This document shows, piece by piece, positions 1 through 9,094 of a stretch of 64,000 nt of DNA; the first letter of the stretch is position 1; every line of letters starts with the position of its first letter. A program made the translations under genes and the position numbers. Where the stretch lies: NCBI GenBank assembly GCA_963780225.1, contig CAWAAX010000003.1, positions 134,971 through 198,970 of the forward strand. The letters are read 5' to 3'. The stretch comes from an uncultured bacterium (GTDB lineage: Bacteria; Edwardsbacteria; AC1; EtOH8). The notes beneath the pieces are model-generated. The model saw nothing but the letters and a program-made list of their open reading frames with translations, did not search any database and was not told the origin of the DNA.

Positions 1-108
1 GTTGGTATAATGGTCATGGTTTGTTTAATTGACATCTTTTGGTTTTACTGCTTTCAACGAGAACATCTATAGGACAGTTTTACATCGCCGGTAGGTAATA
101 AGTATCTA

Positions 109-3100
109 TTATTTCAGTAGTAGCATTTTTTTGGTATTGCTGAAGGTAGTTGTTTCCAACCGGTAAAAATATAACCCGTTAGAGACAGCATTCCCGCTCT
201 CATTTGTTCCCTGCCATGCTACAGTATAATAACCGGATTTCTGGGGTTGATCAACTAAAATTTTTACCAGTTGCCCGTTTATGTTATAGATTTTGATTTT
301 AACTATAGTCTCTTGAGGAAGTTGATAACTTATGACAGTTTCTTCATTGAAAGGATTGGGTCGATTTTGGAATAAAGGTATTTCCTGGATCGGACCTGTT
401 GTCTCAGCAGACGCTGTGTAGCTGTAAACGTCACCGTCATGGGGAGGCCTTTGTCCTAGGGTGGAGGCAACCCAGATCTCGCCTTCCTCCGGTTTGGTTG
501 ACCAGGTTATTATCCTGGGGGTAACGGCGCCCCGGTTGAAATAAAAACGTGATCCACAGATATAAATATAGCTATAAACATCCGTTGGCCAATGATAGGA
601 AACATAGCCTACACCCTTACTGCTTGCCGTTGGGCTTATGGCCCAGGCACTCTTTTTCATGCTGGACCAACTGTTGGAGGTATCCAGTGGAACCTTGACC
701 CCGTTAGTAATATCCCATACTTCAGCCCACAGAGTATCCAAGGTATCATGGGGGCCCTCCTTAACCTGCCATCTGATCTCATACTCGGATCCACGCCAAG
801 GCCAGTATTGGTCTATGTTGGCATTGGCCCTTAGGGTGTCGGTTGAAGGAGGCCTTAATATGTTTACATCGTTTTTAATCTTAAATGAATAAGGGCTAAA
901 GGTATTGCGGTCAACGGCGATTTTTATCTCTGCCACCACCCCGTCAATAGGGTCCGGTACCCATGACAAAGGATTCGCAGTTTGCGGGCAGTAAAATATT
1001 ATGTTTGGAATTAGCAAAACAGATGTGGTTGCATCCCAAAAATCAAAGCCGTAAATGGGAGTATAATCATTGGCCGCGGTGGTGTCTTTTAGGATTTCCC
1101 GGAATCTCAGTTCATAACGGTGCCCATTCAATAGAGACTGGTCGACTATATAAGGGTTTAAAAAAACTGTATTGGATCCTCCCGATACGTGTTCCCGGGA
1201 AGAGATGGTATCGTGCAGATTGTAAACGGTGAACGTCCCCAGGGAGATATCAGAGACAGTGTCCGGCCCCTCAGATAACCGTATTCTTAATTTGTAATTA
1301 CAATCATTAGGTGAGGTAGAGGTATTCCAGGAATAAGAAGAAGTAGCCCATTCCGGTGATTGAGCTGTCAGGGATTTGATCGTGTCCCAACTGCTGCCTT
1401 CGTTGCGGGTATAATCCAGAAGAATTTTACGGGAGTCAGTTTCTGACTCTCCCAAACGCCAGCGGATCTGATTTGAACCGGACCAGGTTTCGCCACCATT
1501 GGGGTCCAATAAATCCACGGTAGCACCGAACCAGGTGCTTTTTGTTGATGCCACTCTAAAGCCATCGATATAAAATCCCTCGTAGGTCTCAGACCCGTCG
1601 CTGATGAAAGTAAATCTTATCCGGGCGGTATCACCATAACCGTACTGTGAAAGATCATATATCTCTTCAGTCCAGTTTCCGGAAATCCCAAGCAATGAGT
1701 TTAGCGCTCCTCCGGAACCGATAAAACCCAAAGTATCCCACCGGCCGTTATAGAATATTTCAGTAAATAAGCCATCGGTGCCATAAAGCGCCAGACCGTA
1801 GGCCCGCCAAAAAGACAATTTGGAATTAGGGCCAAGGATAAATGGCGGGGATACCAACAGAGATTGCATATTGTTTATATATTGCCAGGTAGTTTCCTGG
1901 CCGCAATACCATGAGTTAACCCCTAAATATTTACGGTGGCTGGTAATGTGCCAGAGGTCATTTGTGCCGCCGTGCGACCATCCCCCGGTTTCTGTCTCCA
2001 TGCTGTCTATTAACCCGGTTTGACCCACCACAAAGGCTAGGCTGTCGTCAAACGAATATCCGGCCCCGGAGCGAAGCCTTAGGTTTATCACTCCGACATG
2101 CGGGTTGGAGGATCCGGGAGATATGTAAATCTTGAAATTAGATGCGGCAACCGAATCTGGGGAAACATTTCCCAATATTTTTATGGTATCAATAAGAATT
2201 AAAGAAGTATCCGCGGTGCTAAGACCGCAAGCAACTTCTTTTGCGATTCCCAAGCCTTTGTTTTTTATGTTGAGGTTTAAACCGATGGTTTCTCCGGGCT
2301 CGGCTACGCCATTATTGTTGCCTGCGGTATCGGTTATTTCATGGTTGTAATAGGAAAGAACGGGTGTAGCCACCAGCATCGATATTGAAGTTGGCCAGGT
2401 GTTGTTAAAACTATCGGAGATTTGGAAGTCGAAAACCAGGGCGTGTTTATTGGTGGCGTTTTTCGATACAGTGAAACTATACTCGCCGGGACCTGAGCTG
2501 GAGTCTCCCGCTGGAATGTTTCCGTAAACTTGCTGGGAATCAAGAATCGAAACCAAGGAATCCCCGCATTGCATTTTTGCCGAAACCATTGACGCACCCA
2601 AATTTCCGAAGTTTTTCAACATAACCGGCAAATAAACGGTTTCTCCGGGATTTATCAGACCGTCTCCGTTTCCCCCGGTGGAATCGTCAATAGTATAACG
2701 GATGATATCCAGATAGGCCAGACTGTCGCCAACCAAAATATCGGCCTGGTAGGGGAGGTGGTTTTGGGCAGTCACCGTAATGGTCAATTTTCCTGCCGAG
2801 GCCGGCGCCACGTCAAACAATGCTTCCCCGCCGGCAGATGAAAATTCCCGCAGGTATACTTCAGTTCCCTTTTGCAGACAGACCAGTGCGTTTTCTATGG
2901 GCAGTGTTCCATTGCTTATGCTCACTCGTACCTGGCCGGGGCCGAGAGGTATGATTTGAGGACACAAAACAGTCAACGTTTTCGGGGTATCGGTCCATAT
3001 CGGCATCTCGGGGTCACCGATCAAGTTGACATCGTATTGATGCCAACGGTAGACATTTTCCTCCCGCGATTGGGCGATGTACGAGGCTTTAGCCTGGGCT

Positions 3101-4734
3101 AGGGTTATGCCGATCCGGTAAAAATTATTATTAAAAAGCTCTCTGAAGAACGCGGCATCAAACAGGTCGGAATAACCGTATCCCGGGTTTCCCGGTGAGC
3201 CCCAGCCATAAGAGGTATTTCCGATATAGGCCACTCCGCCGCCGTTAGGGTTGTTTACAAAATGCTCGGATACCGCATCATAATCAAAAGCATTGGTCCA
3301 GCACCCTATGGAATAAAGAATGCCGTTTCTGGGGTTATTGGTAAAAGCATCCATCTGGGGAATATCGAAAAGCCCTATGGTGTACCACCCATGACCGTTA
3401 TGATTGATAAGGTTTTGGCCCGAATTAACAGAATCAAAGCTGCTGCCTCCCAATCCCAGGGACTGATAATTTTTGGTTATAAAGTACCTGCCGGGAATAG
3501 ATTCATCGTCAATCATGTTCTTGGCGATTCCCTCGTCAGTATAAGGGTAGGTCCAAAGAATATCGGCATCAAAAAGAGCTTTAAGCTGGTAATCGGTTGG
3601 GGGATACTTTTCATAGGTCAAGATCTTATCTACGAAGGCCCTGGCCTTATAAAGGTTATCTACCGAGGCCCTTCCCACAAATATGTCGGGATACAAGTCT
3701 ACGCCGTCAGCCACTTCTCCGTAAATCGTGTTTCCGTTTGCATTCCAGGTGCCGTCAAGATCGGAATAGTATAAGTCACACGGAAAGATATTGTCCCGGC
3801 TTTCTTCCGTGCTCATTTCACAATCCATGGCATAGGCGTTTCTTACCGGAACAACGTTAACATCTCCTCCCAATAGCAGATAAGTAAGGCCCGAGTCTCT
3901 GTGAACAATTTTAACGTAGTTCCGGATTTTCTCCTGAATGTCGGTTCCGGGATAATTGGCTGACACCCACTCAACGCTTCTGATTGCGGCAGGGACGCCC
4001 TTGCTTGTTTTCCAATCGGCTAATCGCTGAAAAACTGTATCAAAAGGGGATTTGGTGATGATCAGATATTCTAAGGGTGAAAATCCGATATCCTTGGCAG
4101 TTATCGTAAGCGGAACGCTACCAGTAAGCGAGGAGATTGATTTTTCGTAAATTCTCTGGCGATTGTCCGGGAAAGTTACTGCCTTGTTAGTCTGGGAGTT
4201 GTCGTAATGGTAGAATATTTCAAAATCAATTTGTGAATAAAAGTCAAGTTTCTTAATTCCGGGATAATATTGCAATGGATAGATCAGAATATCTATCAAG
4301 TGATTTGAGCTTAAAAAACCGGAGCCTTTATTCTCGATGAGCTTTCCCGGATATTGACGGCTAGATTTATAAATAGACTCATTAGGGAGCGTAAAATGAA
4401 TATTATTAGCTGCCTTGGAAAGTGCAACCTGGAGTTGGGCCGGAAAAACATTATAACTGCTGTCAACGGCCTCCTTTTTATAAGATTTTACGTTTACACT
4501 GTCTACAACGGCTTCTCTGGGAAGCGAAACATATTTCTTATCCACCGGGAGTTGGGGGGAGCCGGGGGAATCCATAAGTCCAAGTCCAGAAAGATAAACT
4601 TTATCGTAACCGCCAGCGACCTGTTTTATTTTCAATTCCGACTTTGTGTAATTAACGGTCACTGATTTGCTCAAGGCGCAATAGCCGGAAGGCGCCAAGA
4701 ACAGTAAGACGATGATAAAGGAGTGTTTTTTCAT
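109..4734 (-). CDS. Secreted C25 (gingipain-like) cysteine peptidase with propeptide, Ig-like repeats and C-terminal FlgD-Ig/T9SS-type sorting domain
   Basis: Signal peptide; LLLGGD, DLYYSDLDG, VGRASV motifs; catalytic H-G (HNGHG) and C (SIGCW); NLIGDPEM; two GNxxGxxxPGET repeats; C-terminal QNRPNPFN...IYNINGQLV...GLYFYRL...KKMLLLK. Confidence 0.9.
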   Translation of the reverse strand: MKKHSFIIVLLFLAPSGYCALSKSVTVNYTKSELKIKQVAGGYDKVYLSGLGLMDSPGSPQLPVDKKYVSLPREAVVDSVNVKSYKKEAVDSSYNVFPAQLQVALSKAANNIHFTLPNESIYKSSRQYPGKLIENKGSGFLSSNHLIDILIYPLQYYPGIKKLDFYSQIDFEIFYHYDNSQTNKAVTFPDNRQRIYEKSISSLTGSVPLTITAKDIGFSPLEYLIITKSPFDTVFQRLADWKTSKGVPAAIRSVEWVSANYPGTDIQEKIRNYVKIVHRDSGLTYLLLGGDVNVVPVRNAYAMDCEMSTEESRDNIFPCDLYYSDLDGTWNANGNTIYGEVADGVDLYPDIFVGRASVDNLYKARAFVDKILTYEKYPPTDYQLKALFDADILWTYPYTDEGIAKNMIDDESIPGRYFITKNYQSLGLGGSSFDSVNSGQNLINHNGHGWYTIGLFDIPQMDAFTNNPRNGILYSIGCWTNAFDYDAVSEHFVNNPNGGGVAYIGNTSYGWGSPGNPGYGYSDLFDAAFFRELFNNNFYRIGITLAQAKASYIAQSREENVYRWHQYDVNLIGDPEMPIWTDTPKTLTVLCPQIIPLGPGQVRVSISNGTLPIENALVCLQKGTEVYLREFSSAGGEALFDVAPASAGKLTITVTAQNHLPYQADILVGDSLAYLDIIRYTIDDSTGGNGDGLINPGETVYLPVMLKNFGNLGASMVSAKMQCGDSLVSILDSQQVYGNIPAGDSSSGPGEYSFTVSKNATNKHALVFDFQISDSFNNTWPTSISMLVATPVLSYYNHEITDTAGNNNGVAEPGETIGLNLNIKNKGLGIAKEVACGLSTADTSLILIDTIKILGNVSPDSVAASNFKIYISPGSSNPHVGVINLRLRSGAGYSFDDSLAFVVGQTGLIDSMETETGGWSHGGTNDLWHITSHRKYLGVNSWYCGQETTWQYINNMQSLLVSPPFILGPNSKLSFWRAYGLALYGTDGLFTEIFYNGRWDTLGFIGSGGALNSLLGISGNWTEEIYDLSQYGYGDTARIRFTFISDGSETYEGFYIDGFRVASTKSTWFGATVDLLDPNGGETWSGSNQIRWRLGESETDSRKILLDYTRNEGSSWDTIKSLTAQSPEWATSSYSWNTSTSPNDCNYKLRIRLSEGPDTVSDISLGTFTVYNLHDTISSREHVSGGSNTVFLNPYIVDQSLLNGHRYELRFREILKDTTAANDYTPIYGFDFWDATTSVLLIPNIIFYCPQTANPLSWVPDPIDGVVAEIKIAVDRNTFSPYSFKIKNDVNILRPPSTDTLRANANIDQYWPWRGSEYEIRWQVKEGPHDTLDTLWAEVWDITNGVKVPLDTSNSWSSMKKSAWAISPTASSKGVGYVSYHWPTDVYSYIYICGSRFYFNRGAVTPRIITWSTKPEEGEIWVASTLGQRPPHDGDVYSYTASAETTGPIQEIPLFQNRPNPFNEETVISYQLPQETIVKIKIYNINGQLVKILVDQPQKSGYYTVAWQGTNESGNAVSNGLYFYRLETTTFSNTKKMLLLK

Positions 4735-4748
4735 ACCGCCTCAAAAGT

Positions 4749-5558
4749 TTATATTTTTACTGCTTTCAACGAGAACATCAGCGGTATCAGGTCTTTTCCT
4801 CCGGGGAATCTCCAGCGCCCGTCCTTCCCCTTTTCCAAAAACGGAAAACAGTCATAACTGCAATAGGGGAACTCGTGCAGGAAATCGATCTTCAATCCCG
4901 CAGCCAGCAGGGTGGAGACCACTTCGGCCAGAGGGTGCTGCCATTCAAACGAAGGGTTCTGTGTCTTTTTGCTGTGGTCGGCGTAGGCGTAGCCGTCGTC
5001 CCACTTTTGGGGCTGGTCCTGGTGAAAGTAGGAGTATCTGGCCTTTAGCTCGGTGTCGGCTGAATCGTTGCTGAATACCGTGGCCACCGGGTGGAACTCG
5101 CGGATGTAAAAGAAACCGCCGGGTTTCAAGTATCTGCTGATCAACTCGGCCCACTTTGTCAGGTCCGGCAGCCAGCACAGCACCCCGCCCGAGGTGAAGA
5201 CTATGTCGAATTTCTTGTCCAGATGCTGCGGCAGGTCGTAGACATTACAGCAGATGAACTCGGCCGGGACCTTCAGCTCGGAGCTCAAAGACTTGGCCAG
5301 GGCGATGGCCTTTTCCGAGAAATCCACCCCGGTTACGATCGCACCTTTGCGGGCCAGGGAAATGGCGTCCTGCCCGAACTGGCATTGCAGATGGAGGATT
5401 GATTTTCCCTTGATGTCTCCCAGTTCCTCGAGCTCTATCGGATCCAGGGTCTCGGCGCCTTGTTTGAAGCCTTCCAGGTCGTACATGGCCGAGCCGATGT
5501 TGATCTCGGTCAGCTCCTCCCACAGGGCTTTGTTGGTCTTAAGATACTTATCGCTCAT
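4749..5558 (-). CDS. Class I SAM-dependent methyltransferase
   Basis: ILHLQCQFGQD motif I variant, GVDFS, FDIVFTS, LKPGG; start placed at MSDKY (ATG 5558). Confidence 0.85.
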   Translation of the reverse strand: MSDKYLKTNKALWEELTEINIGSAMYDLEGFKQGAETLDPIELEELGDIKGKSILHLQCQFGQDAISLARKGAIVTGVDFSEKAIALAKSLSSELKVPAEFICCNVYDLPQHLDKKFDIVFTSGGVLCWLPDLTKWAELISRYLKPGGFFYIREFHPVATVFSNDSADTELKARYSYFHQDQPQKWDDGYAYADHSKKTQNPSFEWQHPLAEVVSTLLAAGLKIDFLHEFPYCSYDCFPFLEKGKDGRWRFPGGKDLIPLMFSLKAVKI

Positions 5559-5711
5559 ATACTTTTCGGGGTAGACAGGATTAACATGGTTTATTATCAA
5601 CTAAAGATCAGGTGATCTGGTATGTCATAATCCGCTCTTTTTACACAACAATTTAAATTACATGGAATGATCTGTGAAAATCTGCGAAATCTGTGGATAG
5701 AAAAGCATGGT

Positions 5712-7065
5712 CTATTTTCCGATGCAGAACTGCTCGAAGATCCTATTCAGCACCTCATCACCTATGCTCTGCCCGGTTATCTGCCCCAGGCTGTTGACCG
5801 CTTCCTTGATGTCCTGGGCCAGGAACTCCCAGGAGGCTTTTTTCTCCAAACCATCACTGGCATTATTCAGGAACCGGGCTGCCTGTTTCAACGCCTCCAT
5901 CTGCCGGTTGTTGGCGGCCCCGGTCGCCCCGGCTTCCCAGTTATGTCCGCCGGTCAGGGTGTTTACAATGCTTTTCTCAAGTTCCTTAAGGCCGTCCTCG
6001 GTGATGGAGGATATCTTCAGCCATTTGTTTTCTATTTCAAGCTTTACCGGCAGGTCGCACTTGTTGGCCAGCACGATCCGGTTGAACGCTGAGGTCAGCT
6101 CAAGCAGTCTTTTGTCCTCATCAGTCAAGGCGCATCCGGCATCCAGCACCAGCAGCACCAGGTCGGCCTGCTCCATCTTGCCTTTGGCCCGTTCCACCCC
6201 TATCAGTTCTATGGCGTCGCTGGTCTCCCGCAGGCCGGCGGTGTCGAACAGCCTCAGCGGGATGCCCCCGATCTCTATCCAGCCCTCCAGCACGTCGCGG
6301 GTGGTGCCGGGCGAGGGGGTTACTATGGCCCGCTCCTCCTTCAACAGCATATTGAACAGGCTGGACTTTCCGGCGTTGGGCCGTCCGGCGATCACCACCC
6401 GGGCGCCGTCCTTCAGTATCAGCGAGGCCCGGCTGTCGTCCAGCAGACGTTGGGTCTTTTCCAAGGCTTGGTCTATGTCGTCTTTTATCTGTTTGAATTC
6501 GGCGGTCGGAATGTCCTCTTCGGGAAAATCCACCCAGGCTTCCAGCAGGGCCAGCAGGGAGATCAGTTTTTCCCGGACATCGCTTACTTTGCGGGAAAGC
6601 CCGCCCTCCAGCCTCTCCAGCGCGGCCTGGGCCGCAGTCTGGGTCCTGGCGTTGATGATGTCGCAGACCGCCTCGGCCTGGGCCAGGTCCAGCCGTCCGT
6701 TCAAATAGGCCCGCAGGGTGAACTCCCCGGGCTGGGCCTGACGGGCCCCGGCGTTCAAACAGACCTGCAAAACTGCCTGGGGAGCGGCGCGCGCCGCCGT
6801 GGCAGGTTATTTCCGCCATGTCCTCGCCGGTGAAGGAATGAGGGGCCTTCATTACGGCCAGCATGGCCTGGTCGGCGGACAAACTTTTGTCTCCGGTGAT
6901 CTTTCCCAGATGCAGGGTGCGGGAGGGCATTTGGCTGGGGAGCAGTTTGCCTTTAAAGACGGCATCGGCGATCTCCAGCGACCTTGGGCCGGAGACCCGT
7001 ATCATGCTCAAGGCGGCCGGGCCGCTGGCGGTGGAAATGGCGGCTATGGTGTCTTGTTGGGGCAT
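5712..7065 (-). pseudogene. mnmE: tRNA modification GTPase MnmE, split by an apparent 1-nt frameshift at ~6789-6792 (real lesion or sequence error)
   Basis: N-terminal DTIAAIST...IRVSGP...PHSFTGED...CHGG in ORF 6121..7065; PGEFTLRAYLNGRLDLAQAEA, GRPNAGKSS, GTTRD, DTAG, NKCD and FCIGK in ORF 5712..6770; removing one base gives 450 aa. Confidence 0.9.
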
Positions 7066-7119
7066 CGAAGATCTAAAAATAAAAAATGAAAAACAAAAAA
7101 TGACGACGATGGGTGGTCC

Positions 7120-7758
7120 TCACTGGTGCACGGCCACAAAGGTTCCCTCCTTGCAGTTGAGGGCTTTGATCCAGGCTTCCTGGTCGTCCCGGCCGTTGAT
7201 GGTGCAATGCTGGAGCTCGCCGTCCTTGATCTCGATTCTTCCGTTGCAGCCATGGGGTGAAGTCAGCTCGATGACCCCGGTCCAGCCCCCGATGGAGAAC
7301 ATGTCCAGCAGGCTGAAGATGGAGACCACGGACAGCTGGTTCTCGAATTTTTTGGCTTTCTGGGAAAAAAGTTTTTTAGCCTGTTCGGCCTGCTTCAACC
7401 GGAGATTGACGGCCTTAAGCAGGTCGGACTTGTTGACAGGCTTAGTTAGATACTTGGTGGCCCCGATTGAATATCCGTATATCCGGCTCTCCTCATCGGC
7501 TTTGGCGGTCAGGAAGATGAAGGGGATGTTCTTGAGTTCGGGGTCTCCCTTTACCTGGCGGCAAAATTCGTAGCCATCCATGATGGGCATCATGACATCG
7601 GTCAGAATAAGCTGGGGCCGGTGCTGGCGGGCGGCCTCCAGGGCATCCTTGCCGTTGTGGGCCTTTAGTACTTGGTAGCCTTCTTTTTTCAGCTCGTATT
7701 CGATAATCCTGGCGATGTTGATCTCGTCATCGGCCACCAGAACAGTGATAGGTTTCAT
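7120..7758 (-). CDS. Response regulator receiver domain fused to C-terminal DUF4388-like domain
   Basis: VLVADDE, LTDVMMPIMDG, FLTAK, YLTKP; C-terminal SIFSLLDMF...TGVIEL...GRIEIKDGEL...EGTF pattern. Confidence 0.85.
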   Translation of the reverse strand: MKPITVLVADDEINIARIIEYELKKEGYQVLKAHNGKDALEAARQHRPQLILTDVMMPIMDGYEFCRQVKGDPELKNIPFIFLTAKADEESRIYGYSIGATKYLTKPVNKSDLLKAVNLRLKQAEQAKKLFSQKAKKFENQLSVVSIFSLLDMFSIGGWTGVIELTSPHGCNGRIEIKDGELQHCTINGRDDQEAWIKALNCKEGTFVAVHQ

Positions 7759-7875
7759 GACGGATACCTTAATATTTATTTAGGATGTTTTTTGAAAACA
7801 AGGTCTTATTCGGTCCGGCGGAACAGGCGGAATAAAATAAAAGAATACTACAAAAAACAACTAAAATCAAGGCAA

Positions 7876-7913
7876 ATAAAAAAGGCTCTCCCAGTTTTAG
7901 AGAGCCTTTTTTA
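7876..7913. terminator. Intrinsic, probably bidirectional, terminator downstream of jag
   Basis: aaaaaaggctctc-ccagtttta-gagagcctttttt hairpin with A and T tracts on either side. Confidence 0.75.
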
Positions 7914-7931
7914 TTTTAAAAGATTCTGACA

Positions 7932-8963
7932 TTACCTGGTATTTCTTTTCTTGGACCTGGGAGCGAAAGAGGACATATCCACCGGGGCCTGTGGTCTGGT
8001 ATTATCCGACCGGAGTTCTGGGGTAGCAGGCCTGGGCGGGACTGCCTTGGGGGCCGGGCGCCGGCTGCGATCCTGGAAGGTTCTTTCCGGCATGGCGGCA
8101 GGCTTGGGGGCTGCCGGCCTGGGAGCCATCGGTGCCGCTGGTCTGGGCGCTGCCGGAGCCGGTCTGGGGGCCGGCTTGGGGCCCATGGGAGCGGCTGGTC
8201 TAGTAGCGGGCCGGGGGGCCGGTCTGGCCGGAGCCTGGGCCGCAGGTTTGCCGCCGGGCCTCGGTCCGTCGCGGCGTGGGCCGCGCTGCTGCTCTGCCGG
8301 GCGCCGGTCGTTGCGGTCAGGCCGCCGGGTGGCAACCGGAGCCCCGGGAGCGCCTTTAAGGGAGATGATCACCCGGCGCCGGTCTCCGTTTCCCACCGCC
8401 AGGGTCTTGACGTCGGCGTGCTTCTCCAGGGCCTGGTGCACCAGTTTGCGCTTGTGGGGCGGCATGGGCTCCATCTCGTATTCCTTGCCGCTTTGCTTAA
8501 CTTTTTCGGCCAACTCCAGAGCCCGGGTCTTAAGATCGTCGTTCTGCGATTCCAGAAAACCGCCGATATCCAGCCGTATGTCATACTCCGATTCCCGGAA
8601 AATTTTGTTGACCAGATAGTCCATGGCTTCGATGGCCGCGCCCCGGTTGGCCTTCAGGTATTTGTCGCCGGTGGGGCAGTCGATGCTGGCGATCAGCAGA
8701 TTGCCCTCTTCTCTAAAGCTTTTAACTTCACCGGGCATGCCCATCTTCTCCAGCAGGGTCTCCACCATGCTCTTGACCTTGGGGCGGGGCATGAGTTTGA
8801 TGCGGACCTTGGCCGGCTTGGCCCCGAAGATCCCCAGGAATCCGGAGGAGCCCAGCGAGACGATCTCCACTTCGGTGTCTTCGCGGCGCACTCCCAGTTC
8901 CAGCAGACCCTTTTCCAGGGCCTGCTCTACTGTCTTTCCCTCTTTTTCGATGATTAGGCTCAT
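7932..8963 (-). CDS. jag: Jag/KhpB (EloR) RNA-binding protein (Jag_N, KH, R3H) with long Pro/Ala/Arg-rich tail
   Basis: EGKTVEQALEKGL..LG, GFLGIFGAKPAKV, MEPMPPHKRKLVH (R3H); directly downstream of yidC. Confidence 0.9.
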   Translation of the reverse strand: MSLIIEKEGKTVEQALEKGLLELGVRREDTEVEIVSLGSSGFLGIFGAKPAKVRIKLMPRPKVKSMVETLLEKMGMPGEVKSFREEGNLLIASIDCPTGDKYLKANRGAAIEAMDYLVNKIFRESEYDIRLDIGGFLESQNDDLKTRALELAEKVKQSGKEYEMEPMPPHKRKLVHQALEKHADVKTLAVGNGDRRRVIISLKGAPGAPVATRRPDRNDRRPAEQQRGPRRDGPRPGGKPAAQAPARPAPRPATRPAAPMGPKPAPRPAPAAPRPAAPMAPRPAAPKPAAMPERTFQDRSRRPAPKAVPPRPATPELRSDNTRPQAPVDMSSFAPRSKKRNTR

Positions 8964-9013
8964 TTTGATCTCATCCGATGTTTGGTTGTCGCTTAAAATT
9001 TTACCACAAGTTC

Positions 9014-9070
9014 CCCACTAAAAACACGAAACGATCCGAAACCTTTTTTATTTTAGTGTCTTTTAGTGGG
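9014..9070. repeat. Empty inverted pair of degenerate 9-mer tandem arms
   Basis: cccactaaaaacacgaaa ... ttttagtgtcttttagtggg; outer 10 bp are perfectly complementary. Confidence 0.75.
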
Positions 9071-9094
9071 CAGGTTTTCAGGTACGGAGCAGGT

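Noticed and set aside
5707..6708. Long antisense ORFs (also 15272..16528, 16327..17682, 27062..28285, 45123..46334, 46931..48151)
   Set aside because: They shadow well-supported genes on the opposite strand, as expected from GC-rich codon bias, and show no motifs.
6781..6801. Programmed ribosomal frameshift in mnmE
   Set aside because: No slippery heptamer at the site and no precedent known to me; sequence error is simpler.
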